Notes: generated from the letters alone by a model not told the origin. A stretch of DNA of 24,000 nt from Clostridia bacterium (GCA_045594425.1 JAZNYK010000013.1:119244-143243); one strand, 5' to 3'; positions 8,487 through 17,256 are shown, counted from the stretch's first letter. A program made the numbers and translations.

Positions 8487-10409
8487 TTATTTTATTTTTT
8501 TAGCGATTTGTTTTAACACGTTTTCTTTGCTAAATCCAGCATTTACGTAAACTTCTGAACCTTTTCCACTGGTTTGATAATCAGTCACATTAACAAGCAA
8601 TCCATTTTCACCAACATATTTGTGCCACATCATGTCGTTTGATGCTTCAATAGCAACTTTTAAAACTGGCGATTTAACTCTGATTTTTGATTTGTAAGTT
8701 TTGTCTTGACTTGCAAAAAGGCTTTCGCATGGCATTGAAATAACTCTAGCACCAATGGTTTCAAGTTCTTTTGCAACATTTACGGCAAGTTCAACTTCTT
8801 TTCCTGTTGCAAAAATTTCAATTTGTGGTTTTGTTTTTGTTTCAAAAATCACATATGCGCCTTTTTCAGCATCTTCAAGGGTCACGCCTTCAAATTTTGC
8901 AAGTTTAGATTTTGTTAAAACAAGAGCAGTTGGCTTTTTCTGTTCAACAAAGAACTTATATGCTGCAACCATTTCAACTTCGTTTGCTGGTCTGAAAACA
9001 TTTAAACCAACAAGGCTTCTGATTTGAGAAAGTTGTTCAATTGGTTGATGGGTTGGACCGTCTTCGCCAATATCAATTGAGTCATGTGTAAACACTGAAA
9101 GGACTGGAGCATTCATCATTGCACGCATTTTTAATGCAGGAAGCATATAGTTTGAAAATGCCATAAATGTGCTATCAAAAACTCTGAATCCACCATAAAG
9201 AGCCATTGCGTTGCAAATTGAACCCATTGCGTGTTCACGAATTCCAAAATGAATGTTTCTGCCGGCTCTGTTATCAGCGGAAAAATATTCAGATTTTGAA
9301 ATCACTGCTTTTGTTGATGGTCCAACATCGGCGGTTCCACCAAAAAAGTTAAAGTTTTCTTCTAATGCATTTAAAACCAATCCAGAAAGGTCCCTGCCGG
9401 CTTGTTCTGGAAGTTTTGAAAGTTGGTTTAACAAGGTGTTATAGTTAAATTGTTTTGGAACCAAAAATTTCTTTAAAGATTCTTTGTTAATTGTTGCATT
9501 GTTGTTCCAGTTTTCGATTGCTGGTTTGTTTCTGATGATTGCCTCGTGACAAAAATCATATACATCTTGAGGGACAAAGAAACTTTCAGCAACAGAAAGG
9601 CTTTGTTTAAAAGCAACAAGTTCTTCCGCTGGAAGTGGGTAAGCGTGAGATTTTTCTGTGCCTTGCTTGCTTGTTCCAATACCAATAATTGTTTTGAAAA
9701 TAATGATAGTTGGTTTGTTTGATTTTTTTGCTTTTGCAATTGCTTTTGAACAAGCGTTATAATCATGACCATTTTTAACGTCAATTGTGTTCCAGCCCAT
9801 TGCTTCAAATTTTGCTTTAACATCTTCTTTGTTTGCAAGTGTTCTTGCACCATCAATTGTGATGTTGTTGTCATCATAAAGCAAAATAAGTTTGTTTAAA
9901 CCAAGTGTTCCAGCAAGTGAGCAAGCCTCAACTGCAACACCTTCCATCAAACATCCATCACCAGCATAGCAATATGTGTAGTTGTTAAAAACCTTTGGAT
10001 AAAGATTGTTTGCCTTTGCTTCTGCAAGAGCAAAACCAACAGCATTGGCAACTCCTTGACCAAGTGGACCAGTTGTTGTTTCAGCACCAGGAACAATGCC
10101 GAATTCTGGATGACCTGGAGTTTTTGAACCACATTTTCTAAAGTTTTTTAAGTCGTCAATAGAAATGTCGTAACCAAACAAATGCAAAAGTGAATAATAC
10201 ATCGCACTTGTGTGTCCAGCAGATAAAACAAATCTATCTCTGCCCGCCCAGTTTGGGTTTGTTTGGTCAAATACCAAATGGTCGTGAAAAAGTGCAAGCA
10301 TAACTGAACTTGCTCCAAGTGCAGAACCTGTGTGACCAGATTTTGCATTTGAAATTGTTTCGGCGGTTAATGATTTAAAATAATTTAAAGATTTTTCAAC
10401 AATTTCCAT
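8487..10409 (-). CDS. tkt: Transketolase
   Basis: Full-length similarity to transketolase: SGHTGSALG, GHPE, GPLGQG, GDGCLMEG (ThDP-binding motif), EDGPTHQP. Start placed at ATG 10409 (MEIVEKSLNYF) with AAGGAG 6 nt upstream. The ORF-track extension to 10460 overlaps the upstream gene. Confidence 0.9.
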   Translation of the reverse strand: MEIVEKSLNYFKSLTAETISNAKSGHTGSALGASSVMLALFHDHLVFDQTNPNWAGRDRFVLSAGHTSAMYYSLLHLFGYDISIDDLKNFRKCGSKTPGHPEFGIVPGAETTTGPLGQGVANAVGFALAEAKANNLYPKVFNNYTYCYAGDGCLMEGVAVEACSLAGTLGLNKLILLYDDNNITIDGARTLANKEDVKAKFEAMGWNTIDVKNGHDYNACSKAIAKAKKSNKPTIIIFKTIIGIGTSKQGTEKSHAYPLPAEELVAFKQSLSVAESFFVPQDVYDFCHEAIIRNKPAIENWNNNATINKESLKKFLVPKQFNYNTLLNQLSKLPEQAGRDLSGLVLNALEENFNFFGGTADVGPSTKAVISKSEYFSADNRAGRNIHFGIREHAMGSICNAMALYGGFRVFDSTFMAFSNYMLPALKMRAMMNAPVLSVFTHDSIDIGEDGPTHQPIEQLSQIRSLVGLNVFRPANEVEMVAAYKFFVEQKKPTALVLTKSKLAKFEGVTLEDAEKGAYVIFETKTKPQIEIFATGKEVELAVNVAKELETIGARVISMPCESLFASQDKTYKSKIRVKSPVLKVAIEASNDMMWHKYVGENGLLVNVTDYQTSGKGSEVYVNAGFSKENVLKQIAKKIK

Positions 10410-10419
10410 AAACAACTCC

Positions 10420-11295
10420 TTATTGTTTTTTGTTTCCAAATTTTTGAAGGCCAGCCTCATAAGATACTAGTGTTGAAGCAAAGCCAACATTTAAACTTTC
10501 AACAGAACCGAGCATTGGAATAATAATGCTTTCAGAACAAGAAAGTTTGCGCCAAGAATCAGAAATACCCGTGTGTTCGTTTCCTGAAATAATTGCAATT
10601 CTTCCGGAATAATCAATTTCACGATAACTCTTTTTTGCTTGAAGGTCAGTAACAACGCATTTAAAGTTTTGTTTTTCAAGCCATGCTTGAACATCACTTA
10701 TTTCTGCTTCAAGAACAGGCAACATAAAACTTGCACCAAGACTAGAGCGAACAAGTCTGCTGTTTGAAAGCCTTGCTTGCTTGTTTGTGACAATTGCAAA
10801 ATCTCCACCTGCACAATCAAATGAACGCAAAATCGCACCAATGTTTCCTGGTTGTTCAAGACCATCCATAACAATTGCCAAAATGTTGGTTTTGTTTTTA
10901 ATTAGATTTTCGATATCTGCAAGGGTGTAAACAGGAAGTTCTGCTACAATAAAATATTCATCAAATCCATCACGGTCACTAATCTTTTTGCAGGCTTTTT
11001 CTGAAATAGCATAACTTTTTTGAGCGTATTTTGCCATTTTTGCGATTTTTTGCAAATTTTCTTCAGTTATTTTACCGTTTTCAAGTTTGTCTGAATTATA
11101 AAAGAAGTGTGTAACTTTTAACTTTTTTTCAATAAGTTTTTCAACAGCCCAAAGCCCTTCACAAACAAAAAGTTTTTTGTCTTTGCATTTGTTGTCAACC
11201 AAACTTTTTGCAAGTTGAACTTCGTCTGATGAGATTCCACAAATAGTGGAATTAAGTTTGATTTGTTGTTTTAATTTTTCTTGAATTTCACTCAT
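10420..11295 (-). CDS. TrmH/SpoU-family RNA 2'-O-methyltransferase
   Basis: SpoU motifs GNIGAILRS, ISGNEHTGIS and IPMLGSVESLNVGFASTLVSYE. Start at ATG 11295 (MSEIQEK) with GGAGA 5 nt upstream. The stop lies 10 nt before the tkt start, so co-transcription is likely. Confidence 0.8.
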   Translation of the reverse strand: MSEIQEKLKQQIKLNSTICGISSDEVQLAKSLVDNKCKDKKLFVCEGLWAVEKLIEKKLKVTHFFYNSDKLENGKITEENLQKIAKMAKYAQKSYAISEKACKKISDRDGFDEYFIVAELPVYTLADIENLIKNKTNILAIVMDGLEQPGNIGAILRSFDCAGGDFAIVTNKQARLSNSRLVRSSLGASFMLPVLEAEISDVQAWLEKQNFKCVVTDLQAKKSYREIDYSGRIAIISGNEHTGISDSWRKLSCSESIIIPMLGSVESLNVGFASTLVSYEAGLQKFGNKKQ

Positions 11296-11383
11296 AATTA
11301 TCTCCAATTACAAGTGTATAACAACCAAAAAATTTTGTCAATTTTCTCTTGCTTAAAAAGCACTAGTTTTCAAAAAGTGTAAA

Positions 11384-11412
11384 TTGACATTGACGTATAT
11401 GTGTGTTAAAAT
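11384..11412 (+). promoter_or_regulatory. Extended -10 promoter for the PHP-domain gene
   Basis: TTGACA (11384..11389), 17-nt spacer ending in TGt, TAAAAT (11407..11412). Confidence 0.6.
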
Positions 11413-11429
11413 AAAGTAGGAGTAAGCGT

Positions 11430-12710
11430 ATGAAAAAATATGATTTGATTGATTGGATGAGAAGAGCATATGAAAGAACAGGTGGCAGAGGCGCTGAACT
11501 TGCGTTTATGTTTAATCCTGATGTTAATGATATGATTGACATTCATACGCACACCACATATTCTGATGGTGTTAAGTCAGTTCCTGAAATGGCATCGGAT
11601 GCAGAGGCTGAAGGAGTTTCAGTTTATTCAGTCACCGACCATGATACAATCAAAGGTGAAATTCAACTTGTTATGGGAGAAGAAGACCTTGCAGATTATA
11701 CTGGTGAGTTTGTTAATGGTGTTGAAATCACATCAAGGCTTGGCAAACGAAGAATTGAAATTTTGATTTATGGATATGATGTTGAAAGAGCATCATATTT
11801 AATTGAAAATTATGATTTTCCATACCTAAACAGAAAATTTAAGATAAAAAGAAATATTTATAATTTGCAAAAGCGAATTGACACAGTAAATAGATTAGGG
11901 CTTACAGACAAAAAACTTTCACTTTCTGACTTTTTGTCGATTGACGTAAAAGGCAGAAGAGGTGAGCCAACAACAAAAACATTTTCAGAACTTGGTATTG
12001 ACGCAAATCAATATTGGAAGTTTGACACAATTGAATCAACTTTATCAAAAAAAGATATTCCACAAACCATAAAATATAATGGAAAAGAATATCCTGTTAA
12101 CTTTGACTACTTTAACTCAAAACTATTCAAATTTATTGTTCAAACAGAACAAGGCAGAGAATATCTTTCAAAATATCAAAACAAAGACGGACAACCAGTA
12201 ACAAACTTTCCAGACTTTAATCGTCATGTTTTGCAAATCGATTCTGGAGATTTTTCGGTTGACGATGAAAAACTTTGGCCTAGTGTTAAAGAATGTTGTG
12301 AGTTTGCAAGAAAAACAGGTGGCGTTGCATTTTTGGCACACCCTTATGGTTATGGTCCAGAACAAGGTTTGCCAGAAGCAATTATTGCTGATTCAATCAA
12401 GGCAGGCATTGACGGCATTGAAGTTATGCATGGTTTTAATTCTGCAATAGAGGTTGAACAACTTTATAATTGCTGTTATGAGTTTGGTTTGCTTATTTCA
12501 ATGGGAAGTGATAGTCATGGCTATCAAAAAACCAGAGAGGGCAGAAACTACAGACTTGGTCACGCACCTGGAAAAAATGACAAACTTGGCAGGGCAAACT
12601 ATATTTATGAATTGCCACTAACCCTTCAAAATTTGCATTATATTGGGATGGGTAAATATAAAAACAAAAAATCATCGGCATCTGAAAAACAACAGGGCTT
12701 TGGATTATAA
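11430..12710 (+). CDS. PHP-domain metal-dependent phosphoesterase (TrpH/YciV-like) with a long internal insertion
   Basis: N-terminal IDIHTHTTYSDG and SVTDHDT. C-terminal LAHP, GIEVMHG and GSDSHG. SD GGAG 8 nt upstream. About 170 residues of non-PHP-looking sequence separate the two halves. Confidence 0.7.
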   Translation: MKKYDLIDWMRRAYERTGGRGAELAFMFNPDVNDMIDIHTHTTYSDGVKSVPEMASDAEAEGVSVYSVTDHDTIKGEIQLVMGEEDLADYTGEFVNGVEITSRLGKRRIEILIYGYDVERASYLIENYDFPYLNRKFKIKRNIYNLQKRIDTVNRLGLTDKKLSLSDFLSIDVKGRRGEPTTKTFSELGIDANQYWKFDTIESTLSKKDIPQTIKYNGKEYPVNFDYFNSKLFKFIVQTEQGREYLSKYQNKDGQPVTNFPDFNRHVLQIDSGDFSVDDEKLWPSVKECCEFARKTGGVAFLAHPYGYGPEQGLPEAIIADSIKAGIDGIEVMHGFNSAIEVEQLYNCCYEFGLLISMGSDSHGYQKTREGRNYRLGHAPGKNDKLGRANYIYELPLTLQNLHYIGMGKYKNKKSSASEKQQGFGL

Positions 12711-12712
12711 AG

Positions 12713-12740
12713 GTCGCACAAAATGCGACTTTTTTCTTTT
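12713..12740 (+). terminator. Intrinsic terminator
   Basis: GTCGCA caaaa TGCGAC hairpin followed by TTTTTTCTTTTTT. Confidence 0.75.
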
Positions 12741-12778
12741 TTATAAAAAAAAGTATAGTTACATTTTAATAATTTCTA

Positions 12779-12807
12779 TTTACAAAAACATATAATTGAT
12801 ATATAAT
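12779..12807 (+). promoter_or_regulatory. Sigma-A-type promoter for the CNNM/CorC gene
   Basis: TTTACA (12779..12784), 17-nt spacer, TATAAT (12802..12807). Confidence 0.55.
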
Positions 12808-12847
12808 ATGAATTATATTAAATTATTTTAGGAGATTTTAAATTATT

Positions 12848-14212
12848 ATGGACCCGTGGAGTTATTTATCATCAAAAACAGTTTTTGGAATGACTGACAT
12901 TTTGTCAGTTGTGGCAGTGATTTTGTTATTGTTGTTATCTGCATTCTTTTCTGCGAGTGAAACGGCATTTTCATCTGTTAACACACTTCGCATAAAAACC
13001 TATGCAGAAGAAAAGGTTAAAGGTGCAAGACGTGCACAATATATTTGCGACCATTATGACAAGGCTCTTGCTTGTTTATTGGTTGGAAACAACCTTGTTA
13101 ATATTGCAAACACAACAATCTGTGCTTATATGTTTTCAAGATTTGTGTTAAACCCAACAATCGCTAACATTTTAAACACTGTCATTATGACAATTGTTAT
13201 TTTGATTTTTGGCGAAATTTTACCAAAAGCGTATGCAAAGCACAACTCAGAAAAATATGTCTTAAGGTTTAGTGGTGCTATTTATGCATTTATGAAAATT
13301 ATTTACATTGTTGCAGTTCCATTTTTTGCATTGCAAAAACTTGTTTTGAAAAATAAAGAAGTTCACAAAATCACAGAAGATGAATTTGAAACTATTGTTG
13401 ACACAATGGAAGACCAAGGTGTTATTGATAGTGAAAATGCAAGTATCATTCATGGTGCGTTAGATATTTCAGAAAAAACCGTTTATGACATTTTTGTGCC
13501 AAGAGTTGATATGGTTGCTATTCCTGTGACAGCGTCTGTTGATGATATAAAAAAGATGTTTATTGAAAGTCAGTTTTCAAGAATCCCGGTTTATGAAGAC
13601 GATAAAGATGATATCTTGGGTATTTTGAATTACAAAGACTTTATGATTGCTGAATATAACAAAGAAAAATTTGATATTCAAAAATTAATCAAACAACCAC
13701 TCAAAGTTACAAAAACCATGAAGGTTGACGAACTTATGCGTATCATGCAAAAAGAAAAGAAACACATGGCTATTGTTTATGATGAGTATGGTGGAACAAG
13801 TGGTCTTGTTACTATGGAAGACGCGTTAGAAGAAATGGTTGGTGAAATCTATGACGAACATGATGAAACAGAAGACGCTCCAATTATTAAAATTTCTGAT
13901 GATAAATTTAGAGTTGACCCAGATATTGCCGTTGAAGACTTGTTTGAATATTTAAAAATTGAACACTTGCCAGAAACAACATATCCTTCTGTTGGCGGAA
14001 TTATTTATGAACTTTCAGAAACTCTTCCAGAAAAGGGAACCGTTGTAAAAATCACAGCAATAGATGATGTTTTAAATGAAAAGAATGAATATATTTCAAT
14101 GATTGCGGACCTCACATTCACAGTTGAAAAGGTTGAGGATAACCGTATCCAAAAAGTTCTTTTAGAAGTCGCAAGACGTGAAGAATTAGAAAAAGATTCT
14201 AAAGAAGATTAA
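12848..14212 (+). CDS. CNNM/HlyC-CorC family transporter (DUF21 TM domain + CBS pair + CorC_HlyC C-terminal domain)
   Basis: N-terminal TM region with SASETAF. A central CBS-pair-like region (IFVPRVDMVAIP...FSRIPVYEDDKDDILGIL, ...KKHMAIVYDEYGGTSGLVTMEDALEEMVGEI). C-terminal transporter-associated domain. Confidence 0.8.
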   Translation: MDPWSYLSSKTVFGMTDILSVVAVILLLLLSAFFSASETAFSSVNTLRIKTYAEEKVKGARRAQYICDHYDKALACLLVGNNLVNIANTTICAYMFSRFVLNPTIANILNTVIMTIVILIFGEILPKAYAKHNSEKYVLRFSGAIYAFMKIIYIVAVPFFALQKLVLKNKEVHKITEDEFETIVDTMEDQGVIDSENASIIHGALDISEKTVYDIFVPRVDMVAIPVTASVDDIKKMFIESQFSRIPVYEDDKDDILGILNYKDFMIAEYNKEKFDIQKLIKQPLKVTKTMKVDELMRIMQKEKKHMAIVYDEYGGTSGLVTMEDALEEMVGEIYDEHDETEDAPIIKISDDKFRVDPDIAVEDLFEYLKIEHLPETTYPSVGGIIYELSETLPEKGTVVKITAIDDVLNEKNEYISMIADLTFTVEKVEDNRIQKVLLEVARREELEKDSKED

Positions 14213-14213
14213 T

Positions 14214-14242
14214 AAAAAACACGGAAATTATCCGTGTTTTTT
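14214..14242. terminator. Bidirectional intrinsic terminator
   Basis: AAAAAACACGGA aatta TCCGTGTTTTTT. It overlaps the stop codon of the minus-strand VanZ-like gene. Confidence 0.7.
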
Positions 14243-14761
14243 GTTTGTTTTAAATGCTCCAAACTTTAATAACAAGTTGCAGTATATCGCTGAAATAAGT
14301 CCGCTTATGGTGTTAAATAAAATGTCAGAAAGTTCGGTGTTTCGGTGAATTGGAAGCACCCATTGATATATTTCAATAAAAAGGCTTATTGAAAGTGCGA
14401 GCAAAATAGTTTTAATAAACTTGTGTTTTTCACAAAAAGTATAAACCAAATATCCCACAGGGAAAAGCAAAAACAAGTTAATCAAAGCATTGGTTTTTGA
14501 AAAACTGAACCATAAAAAATAAAGCGAAAACCAGTTACCTGAAAAATTGAAAGAAATATTTAATGTGTTGTTTTTTAAACTGACCTTTCCAGCGGTTCCA
14601 ACAAACAGCAAAAACAAATATATAACAAACAAAATAGAAAGGCTCCATTTGAGCGTCCTTGGTTTGTGCTTTAATGCAAACACGAGTGTTGTTGGCAAAA
14701 TTAGCATAAAAAACACAACAAGAGTTAATGCAAAATAAAGATTTATAGTCATCATGTTCAC
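14228..14761 (-). CDS. VanZ-like family membrane protein
   Basis: Multi-TM protein with LINLFLLFPVGYL, SLFIEIYQWVLPIHRNTELSDILFNTISGLISAIY (the VanZ-like E..Q ... R..D...N..G pattern). The exact start is uncertain because there are three ATGs within the first four codons, next to a GGTGA SD. Confidence 0.6.
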   Translation of the reverse strand: MNMMTINLYFALTLVVFFMLILPTTLVFALKHKPRTLKWSLSILFVIYLFLLFVGTAGKVSLKNNTLNISFNFSGNWFSLYFLWFSFSKTNALINLFLLFPVGYLVYTFCEKHKFIKTILLALSISLFIEIYQWVLPIHRNTELSDILFNTISGLISAIYCNLLLKFGAFKTNKKHG

Positions 14762-14851
14762 CTGTATTTATTATACACAAAATTGCAATATTGGGTAAAT
14801 TTTATTCTGCAATTTTTTTATATTATGCTAAAATGTTTTTGGAGGATACTT

Positions 14852-15103
14852 ATGGAAGAAATTAAAGCAGGTGTATATAAACATTTTAAAGGACGTTTCA
14901 GCAACGTTATTGGTGTTGCAAAACATTCAGACAGAGAAGAAATGTTGGTTATTTATAAAGGGCTTAACGATGGTGGGCTTTATGCTAGACCAGTTGAATC
15001 ATTTTTAGATATTGTTGATGACAAACAAGGAAACAAGGTTCCAAGATTTGCTCCAGCAACAGAAACGGAACTTGAACAACTCAAAAAAGACGGTCTTATT
15101 TAA
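14852..15103 (+). CDS. DUF1653-family small protein
   Basis: GVYKHFKGRFSNVIGVAKHSDREEMLVIYKGL matches the DUF1653 Y.H.KG..Y.V...A.HSE..E..V.Y pattern. Start moved to ATG 14852, with GGAGG 6 nt upstream; the ORF-track start at 14783 has no SD. Confidence 0.7.
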   Translation: MEEIKAGVYKHFKGRFSNVIGVAKHSDREEMLVIYKGLNDGGLYARPVESFLDIVDDKQGNKVPRFAPATETELEQLKKDGLI

Positions 15104-15197
15104 ATTTTGAAAATTTTAGTTATTAATTTATAAAAAACTATTCCATAATTAAAAATATTGTGTTAAAATATTTATAATATGTGGGGAGGGAGTTTTT

Positions 15198-15560
15198 ATG
15201 GAAAATGTAAGAGGATATAGCGATTATAAAGTGTTGCCAGGTATCTACAAATCACCAAACGGTAGATATGTTGATGTTTTTTGTGTGGCTTGGGATACTT
15301 CAAGAGATGGAAAAAAAGTGGTTGTTTACACAGGTCTTGAAGACAAGATTCAATATGCAAGTGATTTTAAGTGGTTTGATTTAAGCACTCAAAAATCACC
15401 AAGACAACAAAGATTTGTTGAAGCAACAAAAGAAGAAATTGATGAACTTGTTGCACAAAATATGGTAACAAAACAAATGTTATCTGACATTGCTTATAGA
15501 CGTGCTGCAAAAAAATACACTGGCAGAACTGATGAATATCAACCACAAAGAGTTCAATAA
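15198..15560 (+). CDS. DUF1653-like small protein with C-terminal extension (distant paralog of the preceding gene)
   Basis: GIYKSPNGRYVDVFCVAWDTSRDGKKVVVYTGL parallels the preceding protein. Both then carry RF..AT.EE...L (VPRFAPATETELEQL vs QQRFVEATKEEIDELV). SD GGGAGGGAG upstream. Confidence 0.6.
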   Translation: MENVRGYSDYKVLPGIYKSPNGRYVDVFCVAWDTSRDGKKVVVYTGLEDKIQYASDFKWFDLSTQKSPRQQRFVEATKEEIDELVAQNMVTKQMLSDIAYRRAAKKYTGRTDEYQPQRVQ

Positions 15561-15571
15561 TTAGCAAAAAT

Positions 15572-15599
15572 AAAAAACACGGAAGTTCCGTGTTTTTTT
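15572..15599. terminator. Bidirectional intrinsic terminator between convergent genes
   Basis: AAAAAACACGG aagtt CCGTGTTTTTTT. Confidence 0.75.
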
Positions 15600-15610
15600 G
15601 TTTTAAAAAT

Positions 15611-17008
15611 TTATTGCAATGAACTTGAGTTTGTAAGTGCAACATAGTTTGCAACATCTTCTTTGTTTTGTGCCTTAATTTTTTTGTCAAGAATTGATTT
15701 CTTATCTTCATCTTTTTCAGGGTCACCATTAAGCACAATGTCTGCACCCTTTTCAAGACCAGCATCAAGTTCTTTTTGTTTAACCATTTCTTTAATAAGG
15801 TCAGCAATTTCTCTGCGGGCAACGTTTTTAAAGTTGATTCTTTCGTCATCTGCAAGCAGATTTTCATAAGATGCATTATATTCTTTTGGTAATGCACCAA
15901 CTGTTCTTGCTTGAGCCCTCCAGTGATTGTAATAAATTGAAGCACATTTTTCAAGGTCTTCAAAGGTGAGTTCACTTTTTCCTTTTAAAATAGGTGCGAC
16001 TTCAGATTTGAAAGTTGCTTTAAAGTTTGCATATCTAGCAAAATCTGTTTTGTTTTGTTGTTCAAGCAAATCTTTAATGCTTATAAGTTTTTCAAGATAT
16101 GCTGGGTTTAGTCCAGATGCAATTGATTTATCCTTAAAGAGTTCTTCAATTGCTCTAACAACAATCGATCTGTTTAATGCCAAAATGTTTGGTTGGAAGG
16201 TTAGTTCTTTTGAAATAGAAACAATTTGAGCACGGTCTTTGTCTTTTTCATTGTTTGTTTCTGACTTAACCAAAAGATGTTCATAAGGGAATAATAATCT
16301 AACGTCAGCCCAACTATGTTCACGTTCCATCCATTCAATGTGAACGTCATGAGCCATGTTTTCAAAAACTTCAAAAATTTGTTCTTTTGTGCCCTCAAGT
16401 TCGCCATTTTCAACACATTTTTTTACAAGGCAAAGTGCAAATTTTGCAGCATCGAGGTTAGCATCTTGCCATTTTTTTGTTAATGCTTCAAATGGAACTC
16501 TGATAAGGTCAAATTGAACTTCTTCAACTATTTCAGTTATTTCTTTTTTTGAACCATCTGGTTGTTCTTCCTCTCTTTTAACTTCAACAGGAACTATTCT
16601 AAACAACTTTTTTGGGTTTTCTTTTTTTGGTGCGTTTGGGTCAATTCCATAATGCTTAAAAATTAAATTGTTTTGTTCTTCTTCGCTTAAGTGAGGATAT
16701 TGTTTTTTTATAACAGGCAAAAATAGTTTTTGGTATGTTTCAAATAAATTATTTTCATCAATGTTTTCAAACTCTTTTCTATGAGCAAGCACAATTTCTG
16801 TAAATTTTTTATCTTTAACTGCTCTAAAGTGTTGATAGTCTGGACCTTTTTCGTTAATAAGGTTTTGTTTCCAGTCCTCATGAAGACACTTACTGGTGTT
16901 TTCTGAAAGTTTTAATAATTTGTCACCTTCTGGAGAGTTGAACATTGCAAGCATTTGTTCATGATTTAAATATTTTGCTAGGTGTTCAAAAAATAGTGTA
17001 TTTTTCAT
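15611..17008 (-). CDS. Hypothetical 465-aa protein with three RyR-domain-like repeats
   Basis: SD AAAGGAG upstream of ATG 17008. Three segments with H-x-x-W followed by an aromatic-E-x-L acidic stretch: CLHEDWKQN..., DVHIEWMEREHSWADVRLLFPYEHLLVKSETNNEKDKDRAQIV, and YNHWRAQARTVGALPKEYNASYENLLADDERINFKNVARREI. Resemblance to RyR (PF02026) is judged by eye only. Confidence 0.6.
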   Translation of the reverse strand: MKNTLFFEHLAKYLNHEQMLAMFNSPEGDKLLKLSENTSKCLHEDWKQNLINEKGPDYQHFRAVKDKKFTEIVLAHRKEFENIDENNLFETYQKLFLPVIKKQYPHLSEEEQNNLIFKHYGIDPNAPKKENPKKLFRIVPVEVKREEEQPDGSKKEITEIVEEVQFDLIRVPFEALTKKWQDANLDAAKFALCLVKKCVENGELEGTKEQIFEVFENMAHDVHIEWMEREHSWADVRLLFPYEHLLVKSETNNEKDKDRAQIVSISKELTFQPNILALNRSIVVRAIEELFKDKSIASGLNPAYLEKLISIKDLLEQQNKTDFARYANFKATFKSEVAPILKGKSELTFEDLEKCASIYYNHWRAQARTVGALPKEYNASYENLLADDERINFKNVARREIADLIKEMVKQKELDAGLEKGADIVLNGDPEKDEDKKSILDKKIKAQNKEDVANYVALTNSSSLQ

Positions 17009-17152
17009 AAAATGCTCCTTTTGTTGTTTTTATTATAGGATAGTTTAAATTTCAAAACAAACAATATTTTAAGAAAGTTTAAAAAACATCTGAATAAATC
17101 AAAATTTTTGTGCAATTTGAAAACTTTTTTAAAAAACTTTATAAAATAAATA

Positions 17153-17181
17153 TTGACATATATTGTTTTGGTGGTATTATA
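17153..17181 (+). promoter_or_regulatory. Promoter of the tyrS leader transcript
   Basis: TTGACA (17153..17158), 16/17-nt spacer, TATTAT/ATTATA (17175..17181). Confidence 0.6.
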
Positions 17182-17208
17182 GATGTAATAACACAAAAGG
17201 AAAGGCAT

Positions 17209-17256
17209 ATGAAAATTGTTAATTTTTCAGTTTCATATTACTACTACTGCATATAA
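17209..17256 (+). CDS. Leader peptide MKIVNFSVSYYYYCI with four consecutive Tyr codons (TAT TAC TAC TAC)
   Basis: SD AAGGA (17197..17201) 7 nt upstream of the ATG. 15 sense codons plus TAA. Tyr codons at 17236..17247. The ORF end is embedded in the 5' arm of a hairpin, and the gene downstream is tyrS. Confidence 0.6.
   Translation: MKIVNFSVSYYYYCI

Noticed and set aside
10410-10460. 17-codon N-terminal extension of transketolase in the ORF track
   Set aside because: It overlaps the 3' end of the upstream methyltransferase gene. The internal ATG at 10409 has a perfect AAGGAG SD and matches the usual transketolase N-terminus.
17165-17180. TTGGTGGTATTAT upstream of tyrS superficially resembles the T-box core (GGGTGGTACCGCG)
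   Set aside because: It lies inside the promoter spacer and -10, upstream of the predicted TSS. It lacks the ACCGCG half, and there is no stem I, GA/K-turn motif or specifier loop anywhere in 17182..17486. The UAC triplets sit in a translated, SD-preceded ORF instead.
17005-17208. 67-aa minus-strand ORF in the tyrS / 465-aa-gene intergenic region
   Set aside because: The translation is low-complexity and AT-driven (FIKFFKKVFKL...), there is no SD, and it overlaps two divergent promoters. It is almost certainly a chance ORF.
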